Notes: generated by a model not told the origin, from the sequence alone. 64,000 nucleotides of DNA from Octopus bimaculoides (GCF_001194135.2 NC_068998.1:33922695-33986694); one strand, 5' to 3'. Positions 26,056 to 38,650 are shown, counted from the first letter of the stretch. Numbers and translations: made by a program.

Positions 26056-27042
26056 NNNNNNNNNNNNNNNNNNNNNNNNNNNNNNNNNNNNNNNNNNNNN
26101 NNNNNNNNNNNNNNNNNNNNNNNNNNNNNNNNNNNNNNNNNNNNNNNNNNNNNNNNNNNNNNNNNNNNNNNNNNNNNNNNNNNNNNNNNNNNNNNNNNNN
26201 NNNNNNNNNNNNNNNNNNNNNNNNNNNNNNNNNNNNNNNNNNNNNNNNNNNNNNNNNNNNNNNNNNNNNNNNNNNNNNNNNNNNNNNNNNNNNNNNNNNN
26301 NNNNNNNNNNNNNNNNNNNNNNNNNNNNNNNNNNNNNNNNNNNNNNNNNNNNNNNNNNNNNNNNNNNNNNNNNNNNNNNNNNNNNNNNNNNNNNNNNNNN
26401 NNNNNNNNNNNNNNNNNNNNNNNNNNNNNNNNNNNNNNNNNNNNNNNNNNNNNNNNNNNNNNNNNNNNNNNNNNNNNNNNNNNNNNNNNNNNNNNNNNNN
26501 NNNNNNNNNNNNNNNNNNNNNNNNNNNNNNNNNNNNNNNNNNNNNNNNNNNNNNNNNNNNNNNNNNNNNNNNNNNNNNNNNNNNNNNNNNNNNNNNNNNN
26601 NNNNNNNNNNNNNNNNNNNNNNNNNNNNNNNNNNNNNNNNNNNNNNNNNNNNNNNNNNNNNNNNNNNNNNNNNNNNNNNNNNNNNNNNNNNNNNNNNNNN
26701 NNNNNNNNNNNNNNNNNNNNNNNNNNNNNNNNNNNNNNNNNNNNNNNNNNNNNNNNNNNNNNNNNNNNNNNNNNNNNNNNNNNNNNNNNNNNNNNNNNNN
26801 NNNNNNNNNNNNNNNNNNNNNNNNNNNNNNNNNNNNNNNNNNNNNNNNNNNNNNNNNNNNNNNNNNNNNNNNNNNNNNNNNNNNNNNNNNNNNNNNNNNN
26901 NNNNNNNNNNNNNNNNNNNNNNNNNNNNNNNNNNNNNNNNNNNNNNNNNNNNNNNNNNNNNNNNNNNNNNNNNNNNNNNNNNNNNNNNNNNNNNNNNNNN
27001 NNNNNNNNNNNNNNNNNNNNNNNNNNNNNNNNNNNNNNNNNN
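26056..27042. other. Assembly gap. Others: 27936-28177, 29448-30172, 34209-34333, 36569-36879, 37926-38258, 42045-42054, 42439-42494, 44935-45340, 49680-49689, 51872-52452, 56378-56772, 59528-60181
   Basis: Runs of n, mostly bordered by microsatellites or repeats. Confidence 1.
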
Positions 27043-27106
<64 letters not shown>

Positions 27107-27512
27107 GTATATAATACCTAGTATGAAACAAACATTATTTAAAACAGAATGAATACTGATGAACACAAGAAATTACATAATGTATGACTTAATCCGCAAT
27201 ATTGTGTTATGCTTTACATTCAACAAAGATTCTCAGCAATAGAATTATTGCAAAATTGAAAACCATTTGTTTCATCTCTTACTACTGTTGCTTCAAGGCA
27301 TAACAAACATTCTCCTGTTTGTAGAATTCTAGTAAACAATTGGAATAGTGAATTACAAATCAGCAGTAAGTGGTCTTCATCACTGCTTTAAAACTGATAA
27401 TGGATTGCTTCACTGTAAGCTCTGCATGATTCTGTCAAGCCTATTGGTGATGTACTATAAGTTTGTATGCCTTGATTCTATATGAATCCTATATAACCAT
27501 AAGGTATATATA

Positions 27513-27717
27513 TTACAAAAAAGACAAAAGACAAAGACAGGTGTAGAAACAACAAACAGGTATATTAGTTTAAAACTCAGGAAGGAGAGAAAGTCTTTTA
27601 TGTTTCAAGCCTATGCTCTTCAGCAGAAAGGAACACGAGAAAATAAACAGAAAGAGAATAAAAAGAAGCTTTAGCGGTTAGTGGTCAATCATGGTGGCTG
27701 GCTGGACAGAGGTGGTC
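27513..27717 (-). mobile_element. Penelope-like terminal (pLTR-like) segment, left arm of an inverted pair
   Basis: Reverse complement aligns with 28641-28835 and contains ctgaagagcataggcttgaaacat. Confidence 0.65.
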
Positions 27718-28500
27718 CACAACACAACACACAACACATCACCACACCACACCACCACACCACATCACACTACCCTGCACACACTAGAACTGACCACTTC
27801 CCAGCACCCATACTGCAACACACACCACCACACCACAACCCACCCCTACACATCCCACCCCTATCATCCCAATACATCCCAATCCCATCACCCCACCCCT
27901 ACACATCCCACTCCTACATATCTCAACCCTACAACNNNNNNNNNNNNNNNNNNNNNNNNNNNNNNNNNNNNNNNNNNNNNNNNNNNNNNNNNNNNNNNNN
28001 NNNNNNNNNNNNNNNNNNNNNNNNNNNNNNNNNNNNNNNNNNNNNNNNNNNNNNNNNNNNNNNNNNNNNNNNNNNNNNNNNNNNNNNNNNNNNNNNNNNN
28101 NNNNNNNNNNNNNNNNNNNNNNNNNNNNNNNNNNNNNNNNNNNNNNNNNNNNNNNNNNNNNNNNNNNNNNNNNNNNNGCCACACCACACCACACCACATG
28201 CCACCACACCACACCGCATACCACCACACCACATCACACCACAACACACCACACCACACATCACCATACCACACATCACCACACCACCACACCACACCAC
28301 CACACCACACCACCACACCACAACAACACACTACCACACCACACATCACTACACCACACTACAACAACACACAACACATCACCATACACCACTACACCAC
28401 TACACCACACCATGCCACACCATACCACATGACATCACACCACATCACATCACCCTGCACACACTAGCACTGACCACTTCCCAGCACCCACACCATTATC
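27718..28500. repeat. CAC/ACC-rich low-complexity tract with an internal ~30-bp direct repeat
   Basis: Degenerate (CACAC/CACCA)n; cacactag(a/c)actgaccacttcccagcaccca at ~27780 and ~28460. Confidence 0.9.
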
Positions 28501-28640
28501 CAAACACCTACACATGCACACATCCAAACATCAAGGTCACTAGCCCCTATCCACACACTTTCACATACACATGCATGCGCACCTTCATTTTGGGATCACC
28601 ACTACTTTATTATCTCCCATTCTTTCTAGCTCTCCTGTCT

Positions 28641-28835
28641 GACCACCTCTGTTCAGCCAGCCATCATGATTGACCACTAAAGCTTTTTTATTCTCTCATT
28701 GTTTATTTTCTTGTGTTCCTTTCTGTTGAAGAGTGTAGGCTCGAAAGATAAAAGACTTTCTCATCTTCCCGAGCATTAAACTAATACACTTGTTTGTTGT
28801 TTGTATACCTGTCTTCATCTTTTGTTTTCTTGTAA
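28641..28835 (+). mobile_element. Penelope-like terminal segment, right arm
   Basis: gaccacctctgttcagccagcc...ttgaagagtgtaggctcgaaag...aaactaatacacttg. Confidence 0.65.
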
Positions 28836-30172
28836 ATTCCAAATATATATGTATATATATAATCCAAGAGAGTTAGGGGTTGAGGATCCAACCCACTAAG
28901 GGATAATATATATCCAATATACTGCTGGTGGGGGGTACCCAATTATTGTTACACTAGTGTTATACCAAGTGCAATAAGTGGGTGCGGGTAATTTTTGTTT
29001 TTTTAACCTAAATTTATATTTAGCAATAAGAAAATGGAGGGGAATATGATGTACTCATCAACTTGCAGAAACTGTATTCCATTGATTAATCTGTTTATTT
29101 TATAACCAAAATGACAATAAAGACAATATACAGACACTTATGACATACCATATCATATCAACAATTAAGCAATTGGTATACACACACACATATATCTACA
29201 TACATATATACATACATATATATATATATATTCTCTCATTCGTTTCTGTTGAAGAGCATAGGATCAAGACGTAAAGGACTTTTTCATTTTCCTGAGTGTC
29301 AAACTCATACACTTGTTTGTTGTTCATACACCTGTCTTCACCTTTTGTTTTTATATAAATTTCAACTATATATTATACACTTACATGGTTACTCTAGCTT
29401 GATTCTGACTGAACTTCCTATTCTTTGGACTTGAATATCTGAACCACNNNNNNNNNNNNNNNNNNNNNNNNNNNNNNNNNNNNNNNNNNNNNNNNNNNNN
29501 NNNNNNNNNNNNNNNNNNNNNNNNNNNNNNNNNNNNNNNNNNNNNNNNNNNNNNNNNNNNNNNNNNNNNNNNNNNNNNNNNNNNNNNNNNNNNNNNNNNN
29601 NNNNNNNNNNNNNNNNNNNNNNNNNNNNNNNNNNNNNNNNNNNNNNNNNNNNNNNNNNNNNNNNNNNNNNNNNNNNNNNNNNNNNNNNNNNNNNNNNNNN
29701 NNNNNNNNNNNNNNNNNNNNNNNNNNNNNNNNNNNNNNNNNNNNNNNNNNNNNNNNNNNNNNNNNNNNNNNNNNNNNNNNNNNNNNNNNNNNNNNNNNNN
29801 NNNNNNNNNNNNNNNNNNNNNNNNNNNNNNNNNNNNNNNNNNNNNNNNNNNNNNNNNNNNNNNNNNNNNNNNNNNNNNNNNNNNNNNNNNNNNNNNNNNN
29901 NNNNNNNNNNNNNNNNNNNNNNNNNNNNNNNNNNNNNNNNNNNNNNNNNNNNNNNNNNNNNNNNNNNNNNNNNNNNNNNNNNNNNNNNNNNNNNNNNNNN
30001 NNNNNNNNNNNNNNNNNNNNNNNNNNNNNNNNNNNNNNNNNNNNNNNNNNNNNNNNNNNNNNNNNNNNNNNNNNNNNNNNNNNNNNNNNNNNNNNNNNNN
30101 NNNNNNNNNNNNNNNNNNNNNNNNNNNNNNNNNNNNNNNNNNNNNNNNNNNNNNNNNNNNNNNNNNNNNNNN

Positions 30173-30418
30173 GCTTGTGCGGGTGGCACATAAAAGACAC
30201 CATTTTGAGCGTGGCCGTTTTCGTGCGGGTGACACGTAAAAGCACCCACCACACTCTCTGAGTGGTTGGCGTTAGGAAGGGCATCCAGCTGTAGAAACTC
30301 TGCCAAATTAGATTGTAGCCTGGTGTTGCCATCCGGTTTCACCAGTCCTCAGTCAAATCGTCCAACCCATGCTAGCATGGAAAGCGGACGTTAAACGATG
30401 ATGATGATGATGATGATT
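30173..30418 (+). mobile_element. Young RTE-tail repeat ending in (GAT)n
   Basis: CpG-rich; nearly identical to the reverse-strand copy at 63614-63950, as shown by the shared ORF-track peptide MKPDGNTRLQSNLAEFLQLDALPNANHSESVVGAF. Confidence 0.85.
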
Positions 30419-30434
30419 CACATATATATATATA

Positions 30435-30720
30435 TATTCTCTCATTCGTTTCTGTTGAAGAGCATAGGATCAAGACGTAAAGGACTTTTTCATTTTCCTG
30501 AGTGTCAAACTCATACACTTGTTTGTTGTTCATACACCTGTCTTCACCTTTTGTTTTTATATAAATTTCAACTATATATTATACACTTACATGGTTACTC
30601 TAGCTTGATTCTGACTGAACTTCCTATTCTTTGGACTTGAATATCTGAACCACGTCCCAAAGTTCACCACCTCTCTTCATCCACATACCAGCACTCCATC
30701 TGGATTACTACTGGATCTAC
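30435..30720 (+). mobile_element. Penelope-like tail of the same family as 28641-28835; its first ~215 bp duplicate 29232-29447
   Basis: ttctgttgaagagcataggatcaagacgtaaaggact...aaactcatacacttg. Confidence 0.6.
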
Positions 30721-30807
30721 TGACTCTACCTTTGCAGATTTCACTGGATGTTTTCGTATATGTATACACACACACATACACACATACTGTGTTAATTACA
30801 GGGGTAA

Positions 30808-31520
30808 AACATTAGTATAATTTATTACCAGTGGTTTGCATGTGTAATAAAAATCCTTAGAGAACATATTTTCATATATAAGTGTGTATAAAGATTTATA
30901 CACAGAGAGAAGACCCTTGACAGGACTTCTTACATGCTGAAAAAGGCAGTTAAACCCAAACCGTGGAAAAAATAATCCTAAAGGCACGCTGATAATGGCA
31001 TTAGAATGAAAAAAAATTATTATTAGTTAACACCATACTCAAGTTTCATTATTAATGAGCAAATAAATTAATTTTCCATCTGTAGTTTATCAGTGGGATC
31101 AATAAGACAATGCATAATTATGTAGCTTAATATGTATCGAAAAACACATGTGAGCTGCATCTTTATACATTATGGATTCAAATCAAGCACACAAGTGCAG
31201 TCACATGGCCAGCAGCAAATAATAAATCTAAACTGCATACTATATGGCCTCAGAATTAGGAAAATTTTACTGGGTAAATTATAAGGCTAAAAAATTAGTA
31301 TAATTTATTACCAGTGGTTTGCATGCATAATAAAAGTCATAAGACAACATATTTTCATATATGAGAGTGTATAAAAATTTATACACAGAGAGAAGACCCT
31401 TGATGGGACTTCTTACATACATGGTTTGGGTTTAACTGCTCATTTTAGCATGTAAGAAGTCCTGTCAAAGGTCTTCTCTCAGTGTATAAATCTTTATACA
31501 CTCTTATATATGAAAATATA
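30808..31520. repeat. Direct plus inverted rearranged repeat (unit ~130 bp)
   Basis: 30808-30935 recurs at ~31292-31420; 31421-31520 is the reverse complement of ~30865-30965. Confidence 0.8.
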
Positions 31521-32299
31521 CATTCATATACACACACAAACACAAACGCATATAACAAAATAGAAATCTGGAAAATTTGGGGTATTATTTATTTACCATT
31601 ACACATGCTTCAATTGTGCATGTTGAATGAACATGTACAAAAATTTCCTATTAGAAATTCTTAAGATAGAGAATCAAATAATATTAATTGTTTCTCTATC
31701 TCTGCAAGTAATATTTTCAGAATTTTCAACTCTAATATGTAGCTCACATCAAAACAATTATAACTACATACACTGGATTGTAATACTAGAATAAGGAAAA
31801 TATGCTTCAAGGGGACACAGCCTGGATTTTTTTCATTCCCTATATAATGTGTGTGTGCGTGTGTGTGAGTGTGTGTGCATTTATGAGTTTGCATGAGAGT
31901 GTACTGTGTATGTGAGTGAGTACATTTACATCTTTTTGTCTTGGGATAGTGTATTATAAATGAGCTTCACTGTCATCTAAGTATTTGTTGGCCATCTTCC
32001 ATGAAATTACATCCAGCATTTGCTTTATTTGAATTTTGAAGGACTAGGGAAAAATTACTTTTCTTGGAAGCAGGTGAGAGTTGGTTACAGAGAGAGCATG
32101 CAGCTACAGAAGATCTACTGCAATAAATTCCATCTTATCCACTCAAGCCAGGAAAAGTAGACATAAAAAAGAAAGTGATAGTAAGACACTGCCACTAAAG
32201 ATCTGGTGAAATGTAATGGAAATACATTGGAAGATTGTTTGGCTCTGTTTATGCATGTTGTTGATGTAAAGCATGTTGTTAATGTAAATGTCATTGCCT

Positions 32300-32470
32300 C
32301 TAAGCTGGCAGAATAGTTAGCACATCTGATAAAATGCATAGTGACATTTCTTCCTGGTTTCCTGAGTTTAAAATCAATCTTTCCAGGGTCAATAAAATGA
32401 ATGCGTATAATCAACTAATCCTCTTTCACAAAACTTCAGACCTTGTGCCTAGAATTAAAAGGATTATTAA
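32300..32470 (+). mobile_element. SINE family A relic
   Basis: gctggcagaatagttagc...ctgagtttaaaatc...gaccttgtgcctag...ggattatt. Confidence 0.6.
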
Positions 32471-32639
32471 AGTACAATGAATTATAACAGTCTGTGTAGT
32501 CTGAGAAAGAGGATTCTGCAATTTCTTGCTGAACAACCTACACAGATGATTTTTTGTAGTGATCAAATGCTTGTGCTGTACTGCGTATTAGTTCACTCCC
32601 TCAAATAAATTGAATTGCCTGTACAAGTGCACCACACAT

Positions 32640-32770
32640 TGGGTGTCAAAGTGCTGGTGGTGGAGCAACATGAAATGAGGTGTTTTGCTCAAGATTAAAA
32701 TTCACCTGCTTGTTCCAGTAATGAAACCATGATCTTGCAATTATGGGTGCAACGCCTTAACCACTAGGCC
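32640..32770 (-). mobile_element. tRNA-derived SINE head and core
   Basis: Reverse complement ggcctagtggttaaggcgttgcac...cttgagcaaaacacctcatttcatgttgctcc. Confidence 0.6.
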
Positions 32771-33033
32771 TTACCTGTATAGTGAATGCCAAATAATTAT
32801 ATATAAGAAAATATAATTAGTGTTGCAGTAAGATAGATTTACAGTGAAAATCTTTAGAGAGACTATTTAGAATTCACAATAGTCTTCAACAATGAGCTCC
32901 CTGCTGAGATATTAGAAGCGTATTTTATTTTCCTCAGAACCAACATTTAATACATTTTCTATTTTAATAGCATAGCTTAATTGGGTGACATCAGCATTTT
33001 TTATGCACTATACACACACACACACACACACAC

Positions 33034-33086
<53 letters not shown>

Positions 33087-33265
33087 CCCCATGATGATAC
33101 ACACACACACGCACACACACACACATACCCACTCACACACACATATACATATTTCGTTTTTGTATTTGATTCACCTCAGACACAATAATATATGTATACA
33201 CACGCACACACACATACACACACACATGCACACACACACATACACAAACACATATATATAAATAA

Positions 33266-33308
<43 letters not shown>

Positions 33309-34333
33309 TGTACTCTTACACATGCACATGTATATAAACTCACTCATAATCAGACACATTTATTTACTATCCACATGTCATTTATAATTACACATGTCTA
33401 CATGACTGTGTGTACATGTGTGAGTACGTCTGCATTTAAACTGTCAGGTATATAACACACCATTTTCAACAATATCTCATAATTAGGAAGAATTGATGAC
33501 ATTTAACAAAATCCAAAAAGCAAATATGGAGATGACAGATTTCTTTCAGAGATTCCATTAGTGATGTCTCTTGAAAAAGTTAGAAACCAATAAATATGTT
33601 TTCATTGCTCCAGATGTACTTATTGCAGCCATTACCTCTCTCCCTCTCTCTCCTATCTCTCATTCTTTCCTCTTTACATTTCTTTCCTTTCTCTTTCTTG
33701 TCTCTCATTTCTTCTCTGTCTCTCAACCACTTCAGCAGATATTAATATTAAAATATTATAGCTGAATATTACACTATCTTGTTTGTATATTTCATGTCTA
33801 TCAATATATTTATTGAAAATAACATTTATCTCATTAGTGCTTTCAGTTCACAAAAAAGGAAAAATACAATATTAAATTCAAATAAGAATTGAATACAGAT
33901 TGTTGATATTTGCTTTTTAGCTTTTTTCCTATTATGGTTTATATGTGAAGAAGAAAGGGAATGGTTCATCGTTTGTAGGAATCATTTTGAAGTAGAAGCA
34001 ATTAAGGAATAAGCTTGATTCAATATGAAGTTCCCATATATTTAAAAGTGAATCGTTTTGGCTTTCTCAACTACTGAATTCATCTCATTTGTATTTCCAT
34101 ATAAATTATGATTTGCACTGTCCTCCTCTGCCTCCTCCTCTGCCTCCTCCTCTTCCCCCTCCTCTTCCTCCTCCTCTGCCTCCTCCACTTCCCCTCCTCT
34201 GCCTCCTCNNNNNNNNNNNNNNNNNNNNNNNNNNNNNNNNNNNNNNNNNNNNNNNNNNNNNNNNNNNNNNNNNNNNNNNNNNNNNNNNNNNNNNNNNNNN
34301 NNNNNNNNNNNNNNNNNNNNNNNNNNNNNNNNN

Positions 34334-34395
<62 letters not shown>

Positions 34396-34449
34396 TCATT
34401 TGTAAGTCAATCTCAAAATTTTCCTGGCTGACATCTGTGAGACCTTTTT

Positions 34450-36030
34450 GGTAGCAAATTCAATCAGATTCAATTTGCTCCTTATCACTCTTCAGAAGCA
34501 AAGTGGTGTGCCAAGTCTTGGCCAGGCATTCAGTAGCTGTTACTAGTGGTTGATAATCCACCCAAGTGGTATACTAATTAAAAGCCTACTGGTAGTCCAG
34601 CCACAGTTGAATTCCTGCTAATTTTTACCGTTTTTTTCCCTGGATCATTTTGTTAATTAGTAGCTATTATATACAGCCCCACACTGTCTATCCTACAACT
34701 TGCTCAGGGGGTACAAAGATGCTGCAAGAATAGTTTGAGATACCCAGTGTATAATTTGTACATCTTGTTCTAGCAGGCTTTTGAGCAATAATTTTTAGCA
34801 AGGGTGGTTTGGCTATTTTGGGGGATAAGGAGAGTAGTTACTGTTGATAACCATTGGGTCAGTTCTTGTGTATCCTTGATACATTCTCTATACAACCAAA
34901 TGAGATCTTACTCATAAGAGGTGAAATTATTCAGCCAGTAGCCTGTTATGAGGTCTAGGCCTGGGGATTTCCTGTTCAACATTTTCTGAATAACTGTTTC
35001 CAATATTTCACCATTTATTTCATATTGCTTTTGTTAGGCATGCGGGTAATAGTCCTGGTCCAGTTTTTTTAGCCATACAGCTTGTTTGTTGAATTCATCA
35101 TTTGTTTCCCATAAAGATCTCTAGTAGCCTTCAATCTGATCTTTTCTGTGGGTGTTTTTTACTGAGAATGAGCCTTTTACATTGAAATTGTGATAGGCTG
35201 ACTTGGGTTATCTGGCAAATATTTTATTGAGCCTTTACCATTTATATGCTATAGATATATATATATTTCAGTTTTTCAGCTAGTACAGCTTGGAGTTTAT
35301 GTTTTTGAATCCTGTACCACCAAACTGCCTCCCTAGATTTTTCTGAGGTCTTCACGATGTTGTGTGAAGTTTTTCTCAGTGCAATATTTCATAACTACAA
35401 CAATCTGTGCGATATTTCTGTGTAGAAAATAAAATTTTATTTCTTAAATTACATGTCTATACTAGTTCAAGTTTTGTGCTTGTATCCTGAGTGCATGGCT
35501 TCAGCTATTTGTAGTACATTAGTAATGTAATAGCTGAGATATATATCAAAAGGGTAAAGACTTTGTGGATTGTTCTCATACTTCTGGACTGTGGGGTCTT
35601 CAGATATTTGTTTGCTATTTTGTTTACAGCTTTTAATTCTAATTTACTGGGTTTCTTATTTATACTAGTGTTGCATGGCCTGTCATTCAAATTAAGGTTG
35701 TGGACCTGTTGAAGCATCCCCCCGATCACTTGCAAGGTGTCCACAAGTTTTTGGTGCTCTATCTTTACACTATAGGTATAGATTTCAGTTAAATTGTTGG
35801 TGTGTGGTTTACTGATAGATTTAGCTGACCATTCTGTCTGTCCATCTGTGGAAGCGAGATGAATATCTTCAATAGCTGGCTTTATTGTGTCAGCCTGCAT
35901 TGAATCAAACATTACTGTTAGATGTAACGATTTATATCTAATGATAGGTTTTGCATGTTCATTTAAATGTTTTGAGGAAAAATCTAATTCTAGGGGTTTG
36001 GAGTTCCACAAAATCTTTAGCCTTTACACA
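34450..36030 (-). mobile_element. R4/Dong-type LINE relic: N-terminal region plus first half of the reverse transcriptase
   Basis: Minus translation IEGY*RSLWETN...AVWLKKL...MLNRKSPGLDLITGYWLNNF...WLSTVTTLLIPQ...KNY...MYKLYT...LWLDYQ*AF...KTWHTTLLL; the track ORF 35505-36011 is its N-terminal part. Confidence 0.8.
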
Positions 36031-36889
36031 AAACTAAACTTTTAGGGATCTGATTGTATATATGCTTCTTATAAATTTTTAAAATCATAGCTCTATTATA
36101 TACAGTGATTTTTGTCTTGATGTGGTCGAAGTAAACACATACATTTAGCCATGATGATTTTGTCTATTCATTGATATTTGTATTTGTTTTTCAAATACAC
36201 AATGATCTTTAAAAGTTTCAACAAAGTTTTGTCAGAATTAAATTTTAAATTGTTCACAGCTTGGGTAATCTTTCCTTTCAGGTTGTTTTTAATTCTACAA
36301 TTGTGTTTTAACGTACATATTGAGCATTTTTTTTTTTTTCTGTGAATTATTTTGAAACATTACTTGGCTTATTTCTTTCTCTGTGTATAACATTACAGTG
36401 CCGTGTTTACTTAAACATGTTAAAATGTATGTATCATTTATATAGAAATGCTGCAATATACATAATGTTTAAAAAACTTATGTAGAAATATTTATTTCTA
36501 ATCTTACCACATTCTGTAGATCATCTTCTTCAATATTTTGTATGATGCCTTCTTATAAGTAGTAAATANNNNNNNNNNNNNNNNNNNNNNNNNNNNNNNN
36601 NNNNNNNNNNNNNNNNNNNNNNNNNNNNNNNNNNNNNNNNNNNNNNNNNNNNNNNNNNNNNNNNNNNNNNNNNNNNNNNNNNNNNNNNNNNNNNNNNNNN
36701 NNNNNNNNNNNNNNNNNNNNNNNNNNNNNNNNNNNNNNNNNNNNNNNNNNNNNNNNNNNNNNNNNNNNNNNNNNNNNNNNNNNNNNNNNNNNNNNNNNNN
36801 NNNNNNNNNNNNNNNNNNNNNNNNNNNNNNNNNNNNNNNNNNNNNNNNNNNNNNNNNNNNNNNNNNNNNNNNNNNNNNNAAATGGAGTA

Positions 36890-37330
36890 AAATACATATG
36901 TTAACTGAATACTTTTATTTCCAACATATGTTTCGAAGATTACAAATTATACCTTCCATAGGAATAGGTGATGTTGATAATAATGTAATCTTCTCTTCAG
37001 GGAAATGCATGGGAGCCAGCTTAAACATAAGATATTTTAACCGAATATGAGAACTGTAGTTGGAGAAGGTTGTTACGTAATTTATTTGAAAAAGCCGTTG
37101 GAGGCTGGGACGCTACTAGACAGTACGTTGGACAAGAAGGGAAGAAAAAAAGGAAAGAAAAAAGAAAGAAAATTTAGAGTATAAAGTTAGGAGATACTAA
37201 GATGATTTAAATCCGATAAAAAATTGGAGAGAAATGTTATGTAAATAATGGGACCGTAAAGGGGTGTTAATCTTGTATTTCTACAAATAGTCTTGACATA
37301 AATGTGTGTAATCCTATATACTCATCTATA
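36890..37330 (-). mobile_element. Penelope-like terminal segment carrying a hammerhead ribozyme
   Basis: ctgaaga...cttcgaaacat...aataaa terminus of the PLE type, adjacent to a PLE ORF start at 37588-37756. Confidence 0.65.
36917..37006 (-). ncRNA. Type I hammerhead ribozyme
   Basis: Minus strand: stem I AUUUCC/GGAAAU (6 bp), core CUGAAGA, stem II GAAGAUUACA/UGUAAUCUUC (10 bp, G10.1-C11.1), GAAA, stem III AC-AUAU-GU (palindromic ACAUAUGU) and cleavage triplet GUU. Confidence 0.8.
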
Positions 37331-37381
37331 TGCACATATATACACACATACATACTCACACACATACATACATACACTCGT

Positions 37382-37420
<39 letters not shown>

Positions 37421-37426
<6 letters not shown>

Positions 37427-37918
37427 TATGTATTTCTTCTATCTTAATGAATAAAAATTCTTCGGATAGAATTAATGGGTTAATAGAAACCAAGGTAGCA
37501 AAGAACACAAAATAACTGTGGTGTAGTTCCTATTTTTGAGGTAGAAACTCCTTGAAATTTTGGGTATTTGAGTATATTTAAAAATTTAAGGAATGGAGAA
37601 AACGCATGTTATAATTGCATACTTTATTCCTACAAGGAATGTATTCTTTGGTGGAATGGGTATGTCTTTAAGTGATGCGTTGATGTTAAATAACTCCATT
37701 TTTGGAAACTATTAAGGTAGCAGGTTTTATTATGGACCTGTTTAAAATATATTTAATTATATGTATTTCTTCTATCTTAATGAATAAAAATTCTTCGGAT
37801 AGAATTAATGGGTTAATAGAAACCAAGGTAGCAAAGAACACAAAATAACTGTGGCGTAGTTCCTGTTTTTGAGGTAGAAACTCCTTGAAATTTTGGGTAT
37901 TTGAGTATATTTAAAAAT
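37421..37918 (-). mobile_element. Penelope-like ORF N-terminal fragment between two ~165-bp direct repeats
   Basis: MELFNINASLKDIPIPPKNTFL resembles the SLKNIPIP start of PLE ORFs; 37421-37587 and 37757-37918 differ at two positions seen. Confidence 0.55.
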
Positions 37919-38258
37919 TATATATNNNNNNNNNNNNNNNNNNNNNNNNNNNNNNNNNNNNNNNNNNNNNNNNNNNNNNNNNNNNNNNNNNNNNNNNNNN
38001 NNNNNNNNNNNNNNNNNNNNNNNNNNNNNNNNNNNNNNNNNNNNNNNNNNNNNNNNNNNNNNNNNNNNNNNNNNNNNNNNNNNNNNNNNNNNNNNNNNNN
38101 NNNNNNNNNNNNNNNNNNNNNNNNNNNNNNNNNNNNNNNNNNNNNNNNNNNNNNNNNNNNNNNNNNNNNNNNNNNNNNNNNNNNNNNNNNNNNNNNNNNN
38201 NNNNNNNNNNNNNNNNNNNNNNNNNNNNNNNNNNNNNNNNNNNNNNNNNNNNNNNNNN

Positions 38259-38302
<44 letters not shown>

Positions 38303-38369
38303 ATATATATATGTATGTATATATATATATATATATATGCACCCATATACATGTGTGTGTGTTTTCATG

Positions 38370-38650
38370 GGAATGTTCCATTATTCGTTGAGTCAATATT
38401 TGTGTATATATTCAGTAAGAAAGGGATTCACTATATCTATTCCAAGACAGTCTTTTTGCCAAATGGCATGTATATTGCTTTTGCAGCAATGTTGTATTGC
38501 ATAGTGGGGTACTTTGATGACATTTTAGGCAGATGTTAATTACATGTGTGATGTCTTCCTCAAATATATGACATAATCCACATTTTTGGTTACATCTTGG
38601 AACTCCAGGAACTTCACTGTCTCTTGTTTATTAGGTATTTAGCAATCTCC
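38370..38650 (-). mobile_element. R4/Dong-type LINE CCHC zinc-knuckle fragment
   Basis: NQKCGLCHIFEEDITHVIN, then (frameshifted) C-KMSSKY...HNIAAKAIY, fitting C-x2-C...H-x4-C followed by RHN-VAK. Confidence 0.7.

Noticed and set aside
29232-30652. Identical ~215-bp copies either side of the 29448-30172 gap; also 42005-42094 and 49500-49865
   Set aside because: Perfect duplicates abutting gaps are most likely scaffolding or haplotype-overlap artefacts.
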